IMG/VR virus record: IMGVR_UViG_3300036791_001578
Location: 3,069 to 67,068 of that record
Length of the DNA: 64,000 nt
DNA from: a virus
Strand: one strand, 5' to 3'
Part shown: piece after piece, positions 55,166-64,000 of the stretch
Position numbering within the stretch: position 1 is the stretch's first letter
Layout: every line of letters starts with the position of its first letter
Made by a program: the position numbers and the translations under genes
The notes under the pieces: model-generated
Databases searched by the model: none
What the model was told of the DNA's origin: nothing
The model's input: the letters and a program-made list of their open reading frames with translations, nothing else

Positions 55166-56419
55166 TTAGGATGGCTCGGTTTTTTGGATCTCTCGGGCTA
55201 GCGCCGCGGGCGCTCGGCCATTTGTCTTCCATTGTTCGCACCACGCTCCTTCAAGCTGCGGAGCCACTGCTTTGACGACGATCAACCTCTGATCTCCGAA
55301 ATCTTCTCGCGCCAGCTGCGCGTAGTAAAGCCGGTCTATGCCCTCGGCGCTTAGCCGACCGAGAAGAAATGACAGCTCTTGTTTAATCGAATCAAATCTG
55401 AACTCTGGATACTGGGCCGCGAATTCATTCCACGTTGGTTTAACCGCTGGCAGCATTTCTAGTTGCCCGATGAGCTGCTCGGAGCTGTGACGTTTCATCA
55501 AAATGAAATCACGCCGGTAGAGATCATCGCGAGCGCCGGAGATGTAACAGAGCCGACTCTGGATCGCCTCGAGTAAAGCCCGCTGAGCTGCAACCCTGAG
55601 ACTTTGGCTGCAACCGTAGCCGCCGAAGAGTCCGACGCCGTCCCGGCCAAATAGGGCACAAGCCATTACCGGAATGCCAAGCTCTTGAGTGCAATCGTAA
55701 AGAAAGGGATAGAGTCCTGCTCTACGCATTAGGGCCACACTCCATTCCAGTTCCGCCGGCAGGCCAACTAGCGGAACCTTGATTGGCGGGATCCCGATCG
55801 ATTCGCGAATGAACTGGTTGCAGGTCCACCCGTCGCGCTCGACCAACTCATAGAGCGCCTGCAAGACCGCGTCCTCTACATCGATCCCGCTCGCCAGGCC
55901 GTTGCTGGTTTGCTGAACGTCCAGAAACTGCTGCAACACCCGGTCTTTTAGCCAGACCATGTGCGAGGGCATCCAGACAAGCTTGCCGCTTCCTAAATGG
56001 TGGACGACTTCCCAGGCTACCGGCGTGTTTTCGTCCAGTATGTTGTCCCTGGCCAACGGATAGTCTTGCAGCGGCAGCACTTCCGCCGCTGTGTCCTTTT
56101 GTATATCGACATAACTGCAAAGCTTGTAGGCGCTGGTTGGATTCTCCGCAGCCCAGAATTCGATCGCTTCGACAATCGATCCCACGCAGCTCAAGACCGT
56201 GTCAGGATTCTTCCCGGCAGTGACCGATATGGTCGTAGCCAGTGGCCGGTAACAGACCCAGATCGGAACGCCGATGATGTCGAGCCCATCGATCTGGCGA
56301 TAAGAACTGATCCCGTACCGGAGCAGACTCGAGTAGGGCAGGCGATAGACAGTCTGGGCTAGGTCGGCGCGGGCATTGGCCCTAGCGTCGTTACCGAGAT
56401 AGGCTAGGCAAGGCTGCAT
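55166..56419 (-). CDS. ycaO: YcaO-family ATP-dependent enzyme, TfuA-associated type
   Basis: GLDIIGVP, AGK..SIVEAIE, TSNGLASG..ALYELVERD, GYGC..RALLEAIQSR..ISGARDD and VVKAVAPQLE; ATG 56419 preferred over TTG 56431. Confidence 0.95.
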   Translation of the reverse strand: MQPCLAYLGNDARANARADLAQTVYRLPYSSLLRYGISSYRQIDGLDIIGVPIWVCYRPLATTISVTAGKNPDTVLSCVGSIVEAIEFWAAENPTSAYKLCSYVDIQKDTAAEVLPLQDYPLARDNILDENTPVAWEVVHHLGSGKLVWMPSHMVWLKDRVLQQFLDVQQTSNGLASGIDVEDAVLQALYELVERDGWTCNQFIRESIGIPPIKVPLVGLPAELEWSVALMRRAGLYPFLYDCTQELGIPVMACALFGRDGVGLFGGYGCSQSLRVAAQRALLEAIQSRLCYISGARDDLYRRDFILMKRHSSEQLIGQLEMLPAVKPTWNEFAAQYPEFRFDSIKQELSFLLGRLSAEGIDRLYYAQLAREDFGDQRLIVVKAVAPQLEGAWCEQWKTNGRAPAALAREIQKTEPS

Positions 56420-57260
56420 AGGGCAAGCCAAAGGTCACAAATTCCATGGCTAGACGGACTGGCGCTTTCGCCCAAGAATGCCGCTCAAGCCATTCGGCCA
56501 TCTTTGGCCCATGCTGCACGTACAATGACCGTAAAGGCTTCGGGGCACGGCTAAGCATAAAGTATCGGAAGCGCTTCCACCGTGGGTGGTAGCGCCCATA
56601 GGCGGCGCGGGCCAGCCAGCAGAACGCGACTACGGCTAACGCACTGACTGCGGTGCCGGCTGCGCCGACTGCACTGCCCGTCGATGCGTTGGCGGCATTT
56701 GCGCTAGCCACTGACTGTTGAGCAGCCATGTTCGCGGCAAACTGACTTTCCTGAACTTTGTAGGCGTAGTCCGTTTGGTTCCAATTATTTTGGCCAGCGA
56801 TGTTGCCAAGTGCGATTTGGGAAGCGTCGGCACCGGAAAGTCCGAAGCTGCGCGGCTGGAAAGTCTGATTGGCGGTTTGGAACTGGTTCATCAGCTGTTG
56901 CTGATAGTTCATCTGGTTCACGCCCAAGTTTCTGGCGATGTTCGCTATCCCTGGCGTGCCAGTGCCCAAGCTCCAGCCGCCGGTCGCACCTAGCGCTCCG
57001 GTCAGTCCGCTGCGAGCCCACAGATTCTGGAATTGCGGCGTGATGTTGCCGGTCTCCTGATTCTGAAGGTTGTTTAGAAACGTCTGCTGAGTATTCCAGA
57101 GCTGCGGATAACGCTGCCGAAAATCCGCGTCGGAGAGCCCATATGCCGTCTGATCCATTCCGACGGCTTGCTGTTCAATCGCGGTCGGATTGGCAGCGAT
57201 AAAGGGCGGCATCGAGCCTGGCAGAGTCGGTTTTGGAAAACTGGGCGCGGTACTGGGCAT
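56391..57260 (-). CDS. putative pilot/ejection protein with C-terminal Cys-initiated domain
   Basis: Gln/Asn-rich body, Ala/Gly-rich hydrophobic stretch, then CWLARAAYG..W..FR..AP..LY..HG. Confidence 0.65.
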   Translation of the reverse strand: MPSTAPSFPKPTLPGSMPPFIAANPTAIEQQAVGMDQTAYGLSDADFRQRYPQLWNTQQTFLNNLQNQETGNITPQFQNLWARSGLTGALGATGGWSLGTGTPGIANIARNLGVNQMNYQQQLMNQFQTANQTFQPRSFGLSGADASQIALGNIAGQNNWNQTDYAYKVQESQFAANMAAQQSVASANAANASTGSAVGAAGTAVSALAVVAFCWLARAAYGRYHPRWKRFRYFMLSRAPKPLRSLYVQHGPKMAEWLERHSWAKAPVRLAMEFVTFGLPYAALPSLSR

Positions 57261-57646
57261 TAGTCTACCTCGAAGGGTTTAAGCGGTAGATCACTGAGGC
57301 CCAGCTTAGCGAGAAGCTCTGGGTTCGCCAACACACTTTTATCGTCGATTAGCCAGAGCGGATTTCCGAAAACACGTTTGCTTGTCGCGATCACAACCTT
57401 GGCCACTTCGTAAAATTCTCGTGGGCTCAGCGCATCTGGCGAAACCGTTGGCCGAATCACGACCTGGGGTTGTGCGTAATAGTAAGCAATAGGCCGCTCA
57501 TCTACTAAAACGACAAAAATTGGAAAAACCGGCACCACCTCGACCTTCGATTCCTTGGCCAACTCATCGAGGCCCCACATGAAAATGCCCTCTTCATTGT
57601 CGATGCGGATCTGGGAGATCTTTTGGCGAGGAGTAAAGGTTCTCAC
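57260..57646 (-). CDS. degenerate GNAT-fold-like protein
   Basis: GTG 57646 overlaps the upstream TGA; FVVLVDERPIAY..LLAKLG pattern; position matches acetyltransferase-like genes of podoviruses. Confidence 0.4.
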   Translation of the reverse strand: MRTFTPRQKISQIRIDNEEGIFMWGLDELAKESKVEVVPVFPIFVVLVDERPIAYYYAQPQVVIRPTVSPDALSPREFYEVAKVVIATSKRVFGNPLWLIDDKSVLANPELLAKLGLSDLPLKPFEVD

Positions 57647-58467
57647 TGATATTTGATCATATGGTTGATGCAGGCAAAGGGCGGCATGATTGGAAATTGC
57701 TGTTGGGCACTTCCCAGTGCCTTGCCGGTCATATCCGTAACCCCCCAAGAAAAGGTCGAGGTAAAGTTTGGCGTGCCGGGCGCTTGAAGGTTGGGAATCG
57801 GATTACCCGGCAGATTGGGCGGCAGTGCGTTAGCCACTTTAAATGGAGAGGTGCGTAGCGTTATTTTCATCCAGTCGAAGTGTGAACAGGTAACGTCAGT
57901 GGCAAGCAAGTCGCCCGACAATTGGCTGCCGCCTCTTGAGCCTACTCCGCTAGTGGGCGGAGTAATCGGGTTCCCGCTCTCGTCGGTAATATCCAAGGGC
58001 ACTCTGCTTTGAGGAACCCAGCCAGCCGCGTTCATATAGATTTTCGCTCCCGGCGGCAAATTGAAGGTGCTGGCTCCGTCCCCAGCGCCCCAGGTTTCCC
58101 CGACCGCTTGGAACAGCCGGCGATAGGTCGAACGCGAAATCTCAGAGCCATCACAGGTGATCCACCCTTGCGGCTGGTAACCCTGGCTACCGGCAATCAT
58201 GGCAATGGTGCCAATCGGGCAACCTTGCTCTCCCGGCTGATACTGAGAACTGCCAGGATCAAAAAACCACCACTGGTTAGTGGCATAGTCGAACCAAGGC
58301 CCAATGTCATGCGTCGGCATCGCTCCCCCGCTTCGCCCAATGAGCACGCTCGGATCCAACTCGCCAGAGAGTGATTCTCCGAACAAATTGATAAAACCCG
58401 GCACCTTACCGTTCCAACCCAGCGGAGCTGCGGCCATCGTTAAGTTGATCAGGATGGGCACTGACAT
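57643..58467 (-). CDS. tail-collar domain protein 3
   Basis: PIGTI..GWITCDGSEISRSTY..LF..VG.TWGAGDG.STFNLP; C-terminal MPPF..NHMIK. Confidence 0.85.
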   Translation of the reverse strand: MSVPILINLTMAAAPLGWNGKVPGFINLFGESLSGELDPSVLIGRSGGAMPTHDIGPWFDYATNQWWFFDPGSSQYQPGEQGCPIGTIAMIAGSQGYQPQGWITCDGSEISRSTYRRLFQAVGETWGAGDGASTFNLPPGAKIYMNAAGWVPQSRVPLDITDESGNPITPPTSGVGSRGGSQLSGDLLATDVTCSHFDWMKITLRTSPFKVANALPPNLPGNPIPNLQAPGTPNFTSTFSWGVTDMTGKALGSAQQQFPIMPPFACINHMIKYQ

Positions 58468-58473
58468 AGGTTC

Positions 58474-59220
58474 TTAGAGGTATTTGATGATAAAGTTACA
58501 GCCAACGTAGGGCGGCATCACCGAAACCGGTTGTTGGTTAGTTCCAACTAGCACTCCGTTGTTATCGATTACCGGGTAATCATAGGCCGCACCTAGAACA
58601 CCAGAGAGCGTGTCCGGCACATTGGTGCCATCATCGATAATTGCGGGATTCAAGAAAGGCACTTGAATGTTCAAGGGCGGCAGTGCGCTTGCCGGAATAA
58701 CTACCTGTTGTGCCCCGCCGGTGCCTCCCGCCGGAACATCTGGGTTTCCATTAAATGAAACCCCAGGCTCAAGGAAGAAGCCCTGCGCGTTCATGAAGAA
58801 GACGCCACTGGGAGGTAGGCGGAAAGTGTTGTTTCCTCCGACTCCCCAAGTGGTGCCGATGGCGTTAAAAAGCCGAGGATAGGTGGCAATATTGAGTGGT
58901 CTGCCGTCACAAAGCAGCCAACGAGCTGGCACCATATCGTTTCCGGCTTGTCCCCAGATGGCAACGGTGCCAATGGGGCAACCTCCTTCAGAAGGTTGGT
59001 AGCCATATCCCGGCACCCAGACCCACCATTCATCCCCGTTTAACCAGGGGCCGACATTGGACGAGGGCGCAGGGCCTCCGACCTGACCGGTAATGAAACT
59101 GACATCGATTGAGCCGCTCAAGCATTCGCTTACCAACGTGGCAATATCGAGAACTGATTCACCCTGCCAACCGATCGGCGGAGGAGAGGCCTCAATTAAA
59201 ACTGGAACTGGAACAGCCAT
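58474..59220 (-). CDS. tail-collar domain protein 2
   Basis: PIGTV..WLLCDG..TYPRLFNAIGTTWG..TFRLP; MPPYV..NFIIK. Confidence 0.85.
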   Translation of the reverse strand: MAVPVPVLIEASPPPIGWQGESVLDIATLVSECLSGSIDVSFITGQVGGPAPSSNVGPWLNGDEWWVWVPGYGYQPSEGGCPIGTVAIWGQAGNDMVPARWLLCDGRPLNIATYPRLFNAIGTTWGVGGNNTFRLPPSGVFFMNAQGFFLEPGVSFNGNPDVPAGGTGGAQQVVIPASALPPLNIQVPFLNPAIIDDGTNVPDTLSGVLGAAYDYPVIDNNGVLVGTNQQPVSVMPPYVGCNFIIKYL

Positions 59221-59997
59221 CTAGCCTGCTTTAATGATGTAGTTGACCGCAACGAAGGGAGGAGTAATCGAGAATTGCGTCTGGGTTAAGGTATTAAGTT
59301 GGGTCCCTTGGGCATCGCATAAGATAAAGTCCCAACCCTCAACGTTTGGCTGATTAGCCGGGTATAAAAAAGCCAGCGTGTACACTCCTCCTTGGGTTTT
59401 TTTGGCGGCCATTACATAGGGCACCGGCACTTTCATCGGCGGCATGTTAGCCGCAACTAACAGCGCAGCTAATTGGTTACCGCCCTGGCCATTAACAAAG
59501 TAACCACGTCCATTGCCGCTGGCATCGATGGGGACGCTCGCTACAGGCCTAAAGCCCTTTTGGTTCAGATAAAACAGACCCCCAGGAGGAAGGTTAAAGG
59601 TCGTAACGCCGTCGCCCCCGCCCCAAGTGTCGCCAATCACCTGATGGAGCTGATTATACTGAGTACGTAAAACCTCGCTTCCGTCACACAACAGCCAATT
59701 GGGAGGAACACCAGGCGAGCCCCACATCATGACCATGCCGATGGGCACCCCTTCTATGCCGCGTTGGTATTTGCCTAAACTCGGCTCCCAGAACCACCAT
59801 TGGGCTCCATTAGCCCATGGCCCAATGTTTGTGGTCGGTGCCGAGCCTCCTAACTGGCCGAAAATAATATTCGGAGGATTGATGAAAGTCGTGCCCAGCG
59901 AATCGGCCACCCGGTTCATGAGTTCTTGCACGCTCTCCGGTATGTCCTCCATCGGCGGAGTCTTCACATAAAAATCGACTGGGAGGGGCGCAGACAT
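59221..59997 (-). CDS. tail-collar domain protein 1
   Basis: PIGMV..WLLCDGSEV.R..Y..L..VIG.TWGGGDG.TTFNLP; PPFVAVNYIIK. Confidence 0.85.
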   Translation of the reverse strand: MSAPLPVDFYVKTPPMEDIPESVQELMNRVADSLGTTFINPPNIIFGQLGGSAPTTNIGPWANGAQWWFWEPSLGKYQRGIEGVPIGMVMMWGSPGVPPNWLLCDGSEVLRTQYNQLHQVIGDTWGGGDGVTTFNLPPGGLFYLNQKGFRPVASVPIDASGNGRGYFVNGQGGNQLAALLVAANMPPMKVPVPYVMAAKKTQGGVYTLAFLYPANQPNVEGWDFILCDAQGTQLNTLTQTQFSITPPFVAVNYIIKAG

Positions 59998-59998
59998 G

Positions 59999-61441
59999 CT
60001 AGCTTCGATTCCAACTCATGCGGAAGGTCAGTTGCAGACTCGATCCAGCAAGGAGCGCATGCGGCTGGTCCCAGCAGTAAGTGATTATCTGGTTGGTTCT
60101 ATCGGGATTGCCGTAGCCAAATGAATTGACGTTTTGCTGGCTATTGCCGATCACGATGTCGGCAGTCTGATCGAGGTAATAATCGCCAAGCTCATAGAGC
60201 GGGGCCGGTGCCACGACTGCGACATCCACTGTCGAGGGATCCAGCAAGGTTGGCGAACCGTTCGAACCCATAAGGGCGGGTCCAAGGCTGGAGCACCAAA
60301 TTCGTCCAGCGATTGAAGGTTCGCCCAGGCCGAGGAAGGTATCATCGGTCGGCGTCGGCGCGGCGCTCTGACCGAATTGATTGACCAGATAGATCCCGAG
60401 GTTCCCGCGGAAGAATACTCCACTCAGCGGGATAGTCACTGAACCGCCGGTCGGGCTGGCCGTGCTCGCCCAAGCCACTCCCAGACTCATAACCGTAGTG
60501 ATACCGTGGGTCGGATCGGTTATCGTAACCGCGTCCAATATCTGCCAAGTGCCATTATAGGCGGCGTAGCTCGAACCGCTTAAGATCAAGTCTTCGCCGA
60601 TAATTACCGGGACATTGCCGGTGACATTTACAGCCAAATGATTGGGCTGGGTAGCGCTCGCTGCGTATTGCCAAATCGAAAATACAATGGGGAGATTAGT
60701 GATGCCGATCGTCGCCGACGTGTTGCCGGGAACGAAGATGCCGGGACCGGAGCCAAAGTCGAAATTAATGATCAGCTGATAGGTGACCTGCAAGGCTTGA
60801 CCAGAAGGGATTTCGGACTCCGGGCCTAAGAGGCTAACCGGCTGAGCCAACAGAATCCGGCTGAACAAATTGGGGCCGGCGACGGTTTGGTCCGAGAGAC
60901 CGATTTCGGTATACGTGATTGCGGCCACTTCCGGCGTAAAAAGAAAAGTGCGTTGCAGGGTTATGGCGGCAGGCTCAACGTCTGAAAAATTGGCACCGGG
61001 AACTTGACTGCAATTCACGGTGCGCTTCATCTCGTTACCCAAGGTGGCTTGGTTGGTGTACTGGACGGTGAAGGCTGTAGCGGTAGTAATAGTTCCGCTT
61101 GTGAATAAGGTAACGTGTTGAGGGTCGATGTAAGCTGTGATCTTGAAACGCTGGCCAGTCGAAAAGACCACACTTGCATCGAGATCAGCATTGCTAAATG
61201 CCGCAGCCGCAGCGCTTAACGCCGTACCGGCTACCGTTGCCGTAGTGTTCGGGTTACGGTTGGTGACTTGCGTGCCGGTGCCACAACAACAAGCTGCGAA
61301 TAACTGGTTGTAGAGGACGCTAGCTACCTTATCGAGGCCCTGGTCAAGGATGAGGTTGTCTTGCCAGGGATAGCTCCTCACTAGCTCGCCATCCGGCCCA
61401 AGCACCGCTATTTTGACTCTTCCTTTTAGGCTCTGGTGCAT
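59999..61441 (-). CDS. virion tail structural protein
   Basis: NLILDQGLD..GTG..LGNE..TEIGL..LFSRI..LQVTYQL; Thr-rich beta composition. Confidence 0.65.
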   Translation of the reverse strand: MHQSLKGRVKIAVLGPDGELVRSYPWQDNLILDQGLDKVASVLYNQLFAACCCGTGTQVTNRNPNTTATVAGTALSAAAAAFSNADLDASVVFSTGQRFKITAYIDPQHVTLFTSGTITTATAFTVQYTNQATLGNEMKRTVNCSQVPGANFSDVEPAAITLQRTFLFTPEVAAITYTEIGLSDQTVAGPNLFSRILLAQPVSLLGPESEIPSGQALQVTYQLIINFDFGSGPGIFVPGNTSATIGITNLPIVFSIWQYAASATQPNHLAVNVTGNVPVIIGEDLILSGSSYAAYNGTWQILDAVTITDPTHGITTVMSLGVAWASTASPTGGSVTIPLSGVFFRGNLGIYLVNQFGQSAAPTPTDDTFLGLGEPSIAGRIWCSSLGPALMGSNGSPTLLDPSTVDVAVVAPAPLYELGDYYLDQTADIVIGNSQQNVNSFGYGNPDRTNQIITYCWDQPHALLAGSSLQLTFRMSWNRS

Positions 61442-61443
61442 AC

Positions 61444-61722
61444 TTAAGGTGGCGGCGCAATGTAACCGCCTAGGTGCAAGAACATGCCAGTACCTAGTGA
61501 ATCGCTAGCACTGGTTGAGACCGTTTGGGCGTAATAGGCACCGACTTGCAAGAAAACTCCCGTGCCCATCGATTCAGTTAAAAGCGCCTGATTGGCATCG
61601 CCAGGATTAGGTGTGGGAACAATCGGCTTCGGCGGCGGATAAATTCCGAAGCTCGTGTAGCTCGAGTCCGGCGTGCGCGGCGTGAAGACTTTCTGAAATG
61701 GCTGAAAGATGCGCGTCTTCAT
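61444..61722 (-). CDS. small structural-operon protein
   Basis: ATG 61722 overlaps the upstream TGA; internal repeat ESMGTGVFLQVGAY/DSLGTGMFLHLGGY. Confidence 0.6.
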   Translation of the reverse strand: MKTRIFQPFQKVFTPRTPDSSYTSFGIYPPPKPIVPTPNPGDANQALLTESMGTGVFLQVGAYYAQTVSTSASDSLGTGMFLHLGGYIAPPP

Positions 61723-63599
61723 GGCACTGGAATAACACAAACAGTGGGACTTGGGAGGCAGCCGATGGCGCTCACGATATTGACTTCGCCTACTTCGGTT
61801 GGGGTACAGGTGCCGATCCCAGGCTGTGGATAGGTATCCACAAAAAGCCGAAGCTCGCGGATCCCCATGCGACCTTGCCAATTAAACAAGAGTTGAAACC
61901 CCTTATCGACGTTGTGGATATAGGTGGATTCGACCTCGCAGGTATCGGCACAGTTATCCGCCTCGGCTTGACTGCCGGTAAACTCGGGCGTCCTGACCGT
62001 GCGCGTCTGCGGGCGGAATGATTGGATGAGCGTATCGGTCGCTAACCCACTGTAAGTCCAGATCGGAAAGTTATCATTGCCGGCGATCCCTTCCTCGGCA
62101 CTGAGTAAGAGCTCATAGGCTAGCCGGTAATGACCTTTGATTCCGGCATAATAAATCTGCAAGCTGACCTCGCCTACCAGCTCGACCACATCGATCTCGG
62201 CGAATTTAAAGCGCATCAGCTCGCCGATCTGCGACACTTCGAAAATTTTGGTCTCCCAAGAGCAACTGATGGGACTATCCATGTAGTCGGTCCGGCGCCC
62301 GATAAAATCTTCCCAGATGGCGATGTGACTCAGCTGACCATTGGGCATGGCGATAGGATTGCAGGAATAGGAGAGCTCGAAACAACGCGGAACGTCTTGC
62401 ACTTCGCCCGTGGCGAATTGCACTGGAAAGGTACCGGTCCAAATGCCGGCGTAACAAGGGCTAGCGGTAGAGCCTAGCTGCGCTTGGGGGCTTCCATCCA
62501 TCACCCAGGTATGGCGGTTAAAGCGCGAACCGCTCGGGACCGAATAAAGTAGCCAATTCTCAAAAGACACTGAGCAAATGCCGGAACGATTCGGCGACAT
62601 GTTCGATTTGGAACGCGTCATCTCCCCGTCTCGCGGATTGACGGTGCTCGAACGGTATTGCTGGAGCGCTTCGTTTAAGTTAACCAGGCCAACCTCACTA
62701 AAGAACCAGGGCATCCCAAATTGGTTAGCCGGCGAGAAGGGGGCTACGCTGCCGTAATCGCTTGAGACGATCGCTTGAAAGTTGGGCGTATTTTGCCATT
62801 GCGTCCGGTCCAGCACGCTGGATTGCAGGCTCGTAATGCTAAAGGGCGAGAAAGCTAACAGTCCTGGGGCTACGTTATTGGAGGGATCGCCTGGTGTCTG
62901 GAGCATCCCCGTGCAAGCTTCGGGAAGCTTGAATCCATCGGCCTCGGCCAAGTAAGTCGCCTCCGTGAACGAATTAGGATTCATGATATCGCTCGCAAAG
63001 ATCGTTTCCAGATAAGCGACCCAAAGCCGATATCCGCTGAAAGCCATCATTTGGCCGACCGGGCACTGATAGAAAGGAGGTCCGCCCTGATTGTGCCCGC
63101 TTTGCAGTGGCCCAGCGGCAGAGCTGCCAATGTAAAAAGCGCTGGCCGTGTACCCGTCCTGAATAAGCAATAGGTCGACCGGCGTCGGCAGGAAAACGAG
63201 CGTGCCGTCCGGTGCCAAAGTCACCGCTTGGCGAGCTTGGCAGAAATAGACCCGCGGCGAATATTTGTAAAAGGAGATTGGCAAAATCTGAGCGTAGGTT
63301 GTGAAGGGGTATTCGCTCCAGAAAACGTTCCCATCCACCGCCCAGACCAATTGTTCCTTTTGCCGGTAAGGCCGATAGAGGGTGATGCCCTGGGCCTTGG
63401 TGCCGGGAAGCAGAAAAACCAATTTCCGCCCTGGTCGGGTTTGCGGGATCCCGCCGCGATTGACGATATTCTCGCCCCAATAATAGCCGCCTTGCTGGAT
63501 ATCGGTCGGAAAGACGAGGGTGTTTGCGCCCCCGATCCAATATCGATCTTCGACGGGGACATGAAGTGGCTGACCGGTACTCGTTTGAGGGTAGGCCAT
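61719..63599 (-). CDS. tail tubular B/nozzle-like protein
   Basis: 626 aa; ENIVNRGGIPQTRPG N-terminus, RLWV..IFASD propeller-like segments; precedes tail and ejection genes. Confidence 0.65.
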   Translation of the reverse strand: MAYPQTSTGQPLHVPVEDRYWIGGANTLVFPTDIQQGGYYWGENIVNRGGIPQTRPGRKLVFLLPGTKAQGITLYRPYRQKEQLVWAVDGNVFWSEYPFTTYAQILPISFYKYSPRVYFCQARQAVTLAPDGTLVFLPTPVDLLLIQDGYTASAFYIGSSAAGPLQSGHNQGGPPFYQCPVGQMMAFSGYRLWVAYLETIFASDIMNPNSFTEATYLAEADGFKLPEACTGMLQTPGDPSNNVAPGLLAFSPFSITSLQSSVLDRTQWQNTPNFQAIVSSDYGSVAPFSPANQFGMPWFFSEVGLVNLNEALQQYRSSTVNPRDGEMTRSKSNMSPNRSGICSVSFENWLLYSVPSGSRFNRHTWVMDGSPQAQLGSTASPCYAGIWTGTFPVQFATGEVQDVPRCFELSYSCNPIAMPNGQLSHIAIWEDFIGRRTDYMDSPISCSWETKIFEVSQIGELMRFKFAEIDVVELVGEVSLQIYYAGIKGHYRLAYELLLSAEEGIAGNDNFPIWTYSGLATDTLIQSFRPQTRTVRTPEFTGSQAEADNCADTCEVESTYIHNVDKGFQLLFNWQGRMGIRELRLFVDTYPQPGIGTCTPTEVGEVNIVSAIGCLPSPTVCVIPVP

Positions 63600-63672
63600 C
63601 GCTGTGACTCGCTGTCAGCGATGTTAACCACCACAAAAGGCTCTTGCCAGCGTTTAGTTGCCCTTAAGGCTT

Positions 63673-63975
63673 TCATTCGGGGATGTCGAAGCGGCGGCGG
63701 AATTTTTCAATCTGCGATTGGATCCGAATGCAATCGCGCCGGTCTTGTTTCTCGGCTTCTCTGTCCGCGTTGCGGCAAACCTCACGGAGATTCTCTTTGT
63801 GATGAGGAGTGAATTCATCCGCATGTTCCTCGAAAATAGGGGTGTCAAACGGCAAATTAGCGATTGTGGGGATTTGGAGTTCCGGCTCGGCGAGGCAGTC
63901 CACTTGCACCATTTTTCCGCTCTCCTTGTCGTATTTATATAACTTCATTTTGTTTTCAGATAAGCTTTTAGCCAT
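63673..63975 (-). CDS. hypothetical protein
   Basis: 100 aa charged ORF. Confidence 0.5.
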   Translation of the reverse strand: MAKSLSENKMKLYKYDKESGKMVQVDCLAEPELQIPTIANLPFDTPIFEEHADEFTPHHKENLREVCRNADREAEKQDRRDCIRIQSQIEKFRRRFDIPE

Positions 63976-64000
63976 TCCTTGCCTTGCTCATGGGCTCTCA

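Noticed and set aside
52932-57260. Conventional thioamitide RiPP gene cluster
   Set aside because: No short leader-core precursor, kinase, decarboxylase, protease or transporter; the flanking genes look like virion proteins
57643-59997. Diversity-generating retroelement among fibre paralogs
   Set aside because: No reverse transcriptase and no near-identical TR/VR pair with adenine-specific differences was noticed
1-64000. Many 60-200 aa antisense or alternative-frame ORFs inside long genes; integrase, polymerase, helicase and small terminase
   Set aside because: Shadow ORFs are expected at this GC content; no motifs for those enzymes were recognised, though divergent versions may have been missed

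Overview
The window is a large part, possibly most, of a tailed dsDNA phage genome of podovirus-like type. No tape measure, sheath, integrase, DNA polymerase, tRNA or CRISPR array was recognised. The host cannot be determined from the sequence. Most genes lie on the minus strand. Recognisable modules are terminase large subunit, portal, scaffold-like protein, major capsid protein, tail tubular/adaptor-like proteins, collagen and tail-collar fibre proteins, a GH46-like endolysin with a holin-like partner, RecT/Bet, VRR-NUC, three HNH endonucleases, three glycosyltransferase-like genes and many small early/accessory genes. The most striking element is an intact YcaO-TfuA pair, the enzyme pair known for backbone thioamidation. 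It sits inside the putative ejection-protein operon with overlapping reading frames on both sides and no RiPP cluster, suggesting a phage-encoded protein thioamidation system. Other candidates are a roughly 470-nt highly base-paired non-coding region (1140-1610), an Acb2/Tad1-like putative signal sponge, an ADP-ribosyltransferase-like cassette between direct repeats, a recurrent TTGAC-N12-GGTGCG promoter-like motif and a duplicated early promoter. All family calls come from motif recognition by eye, not database searches.
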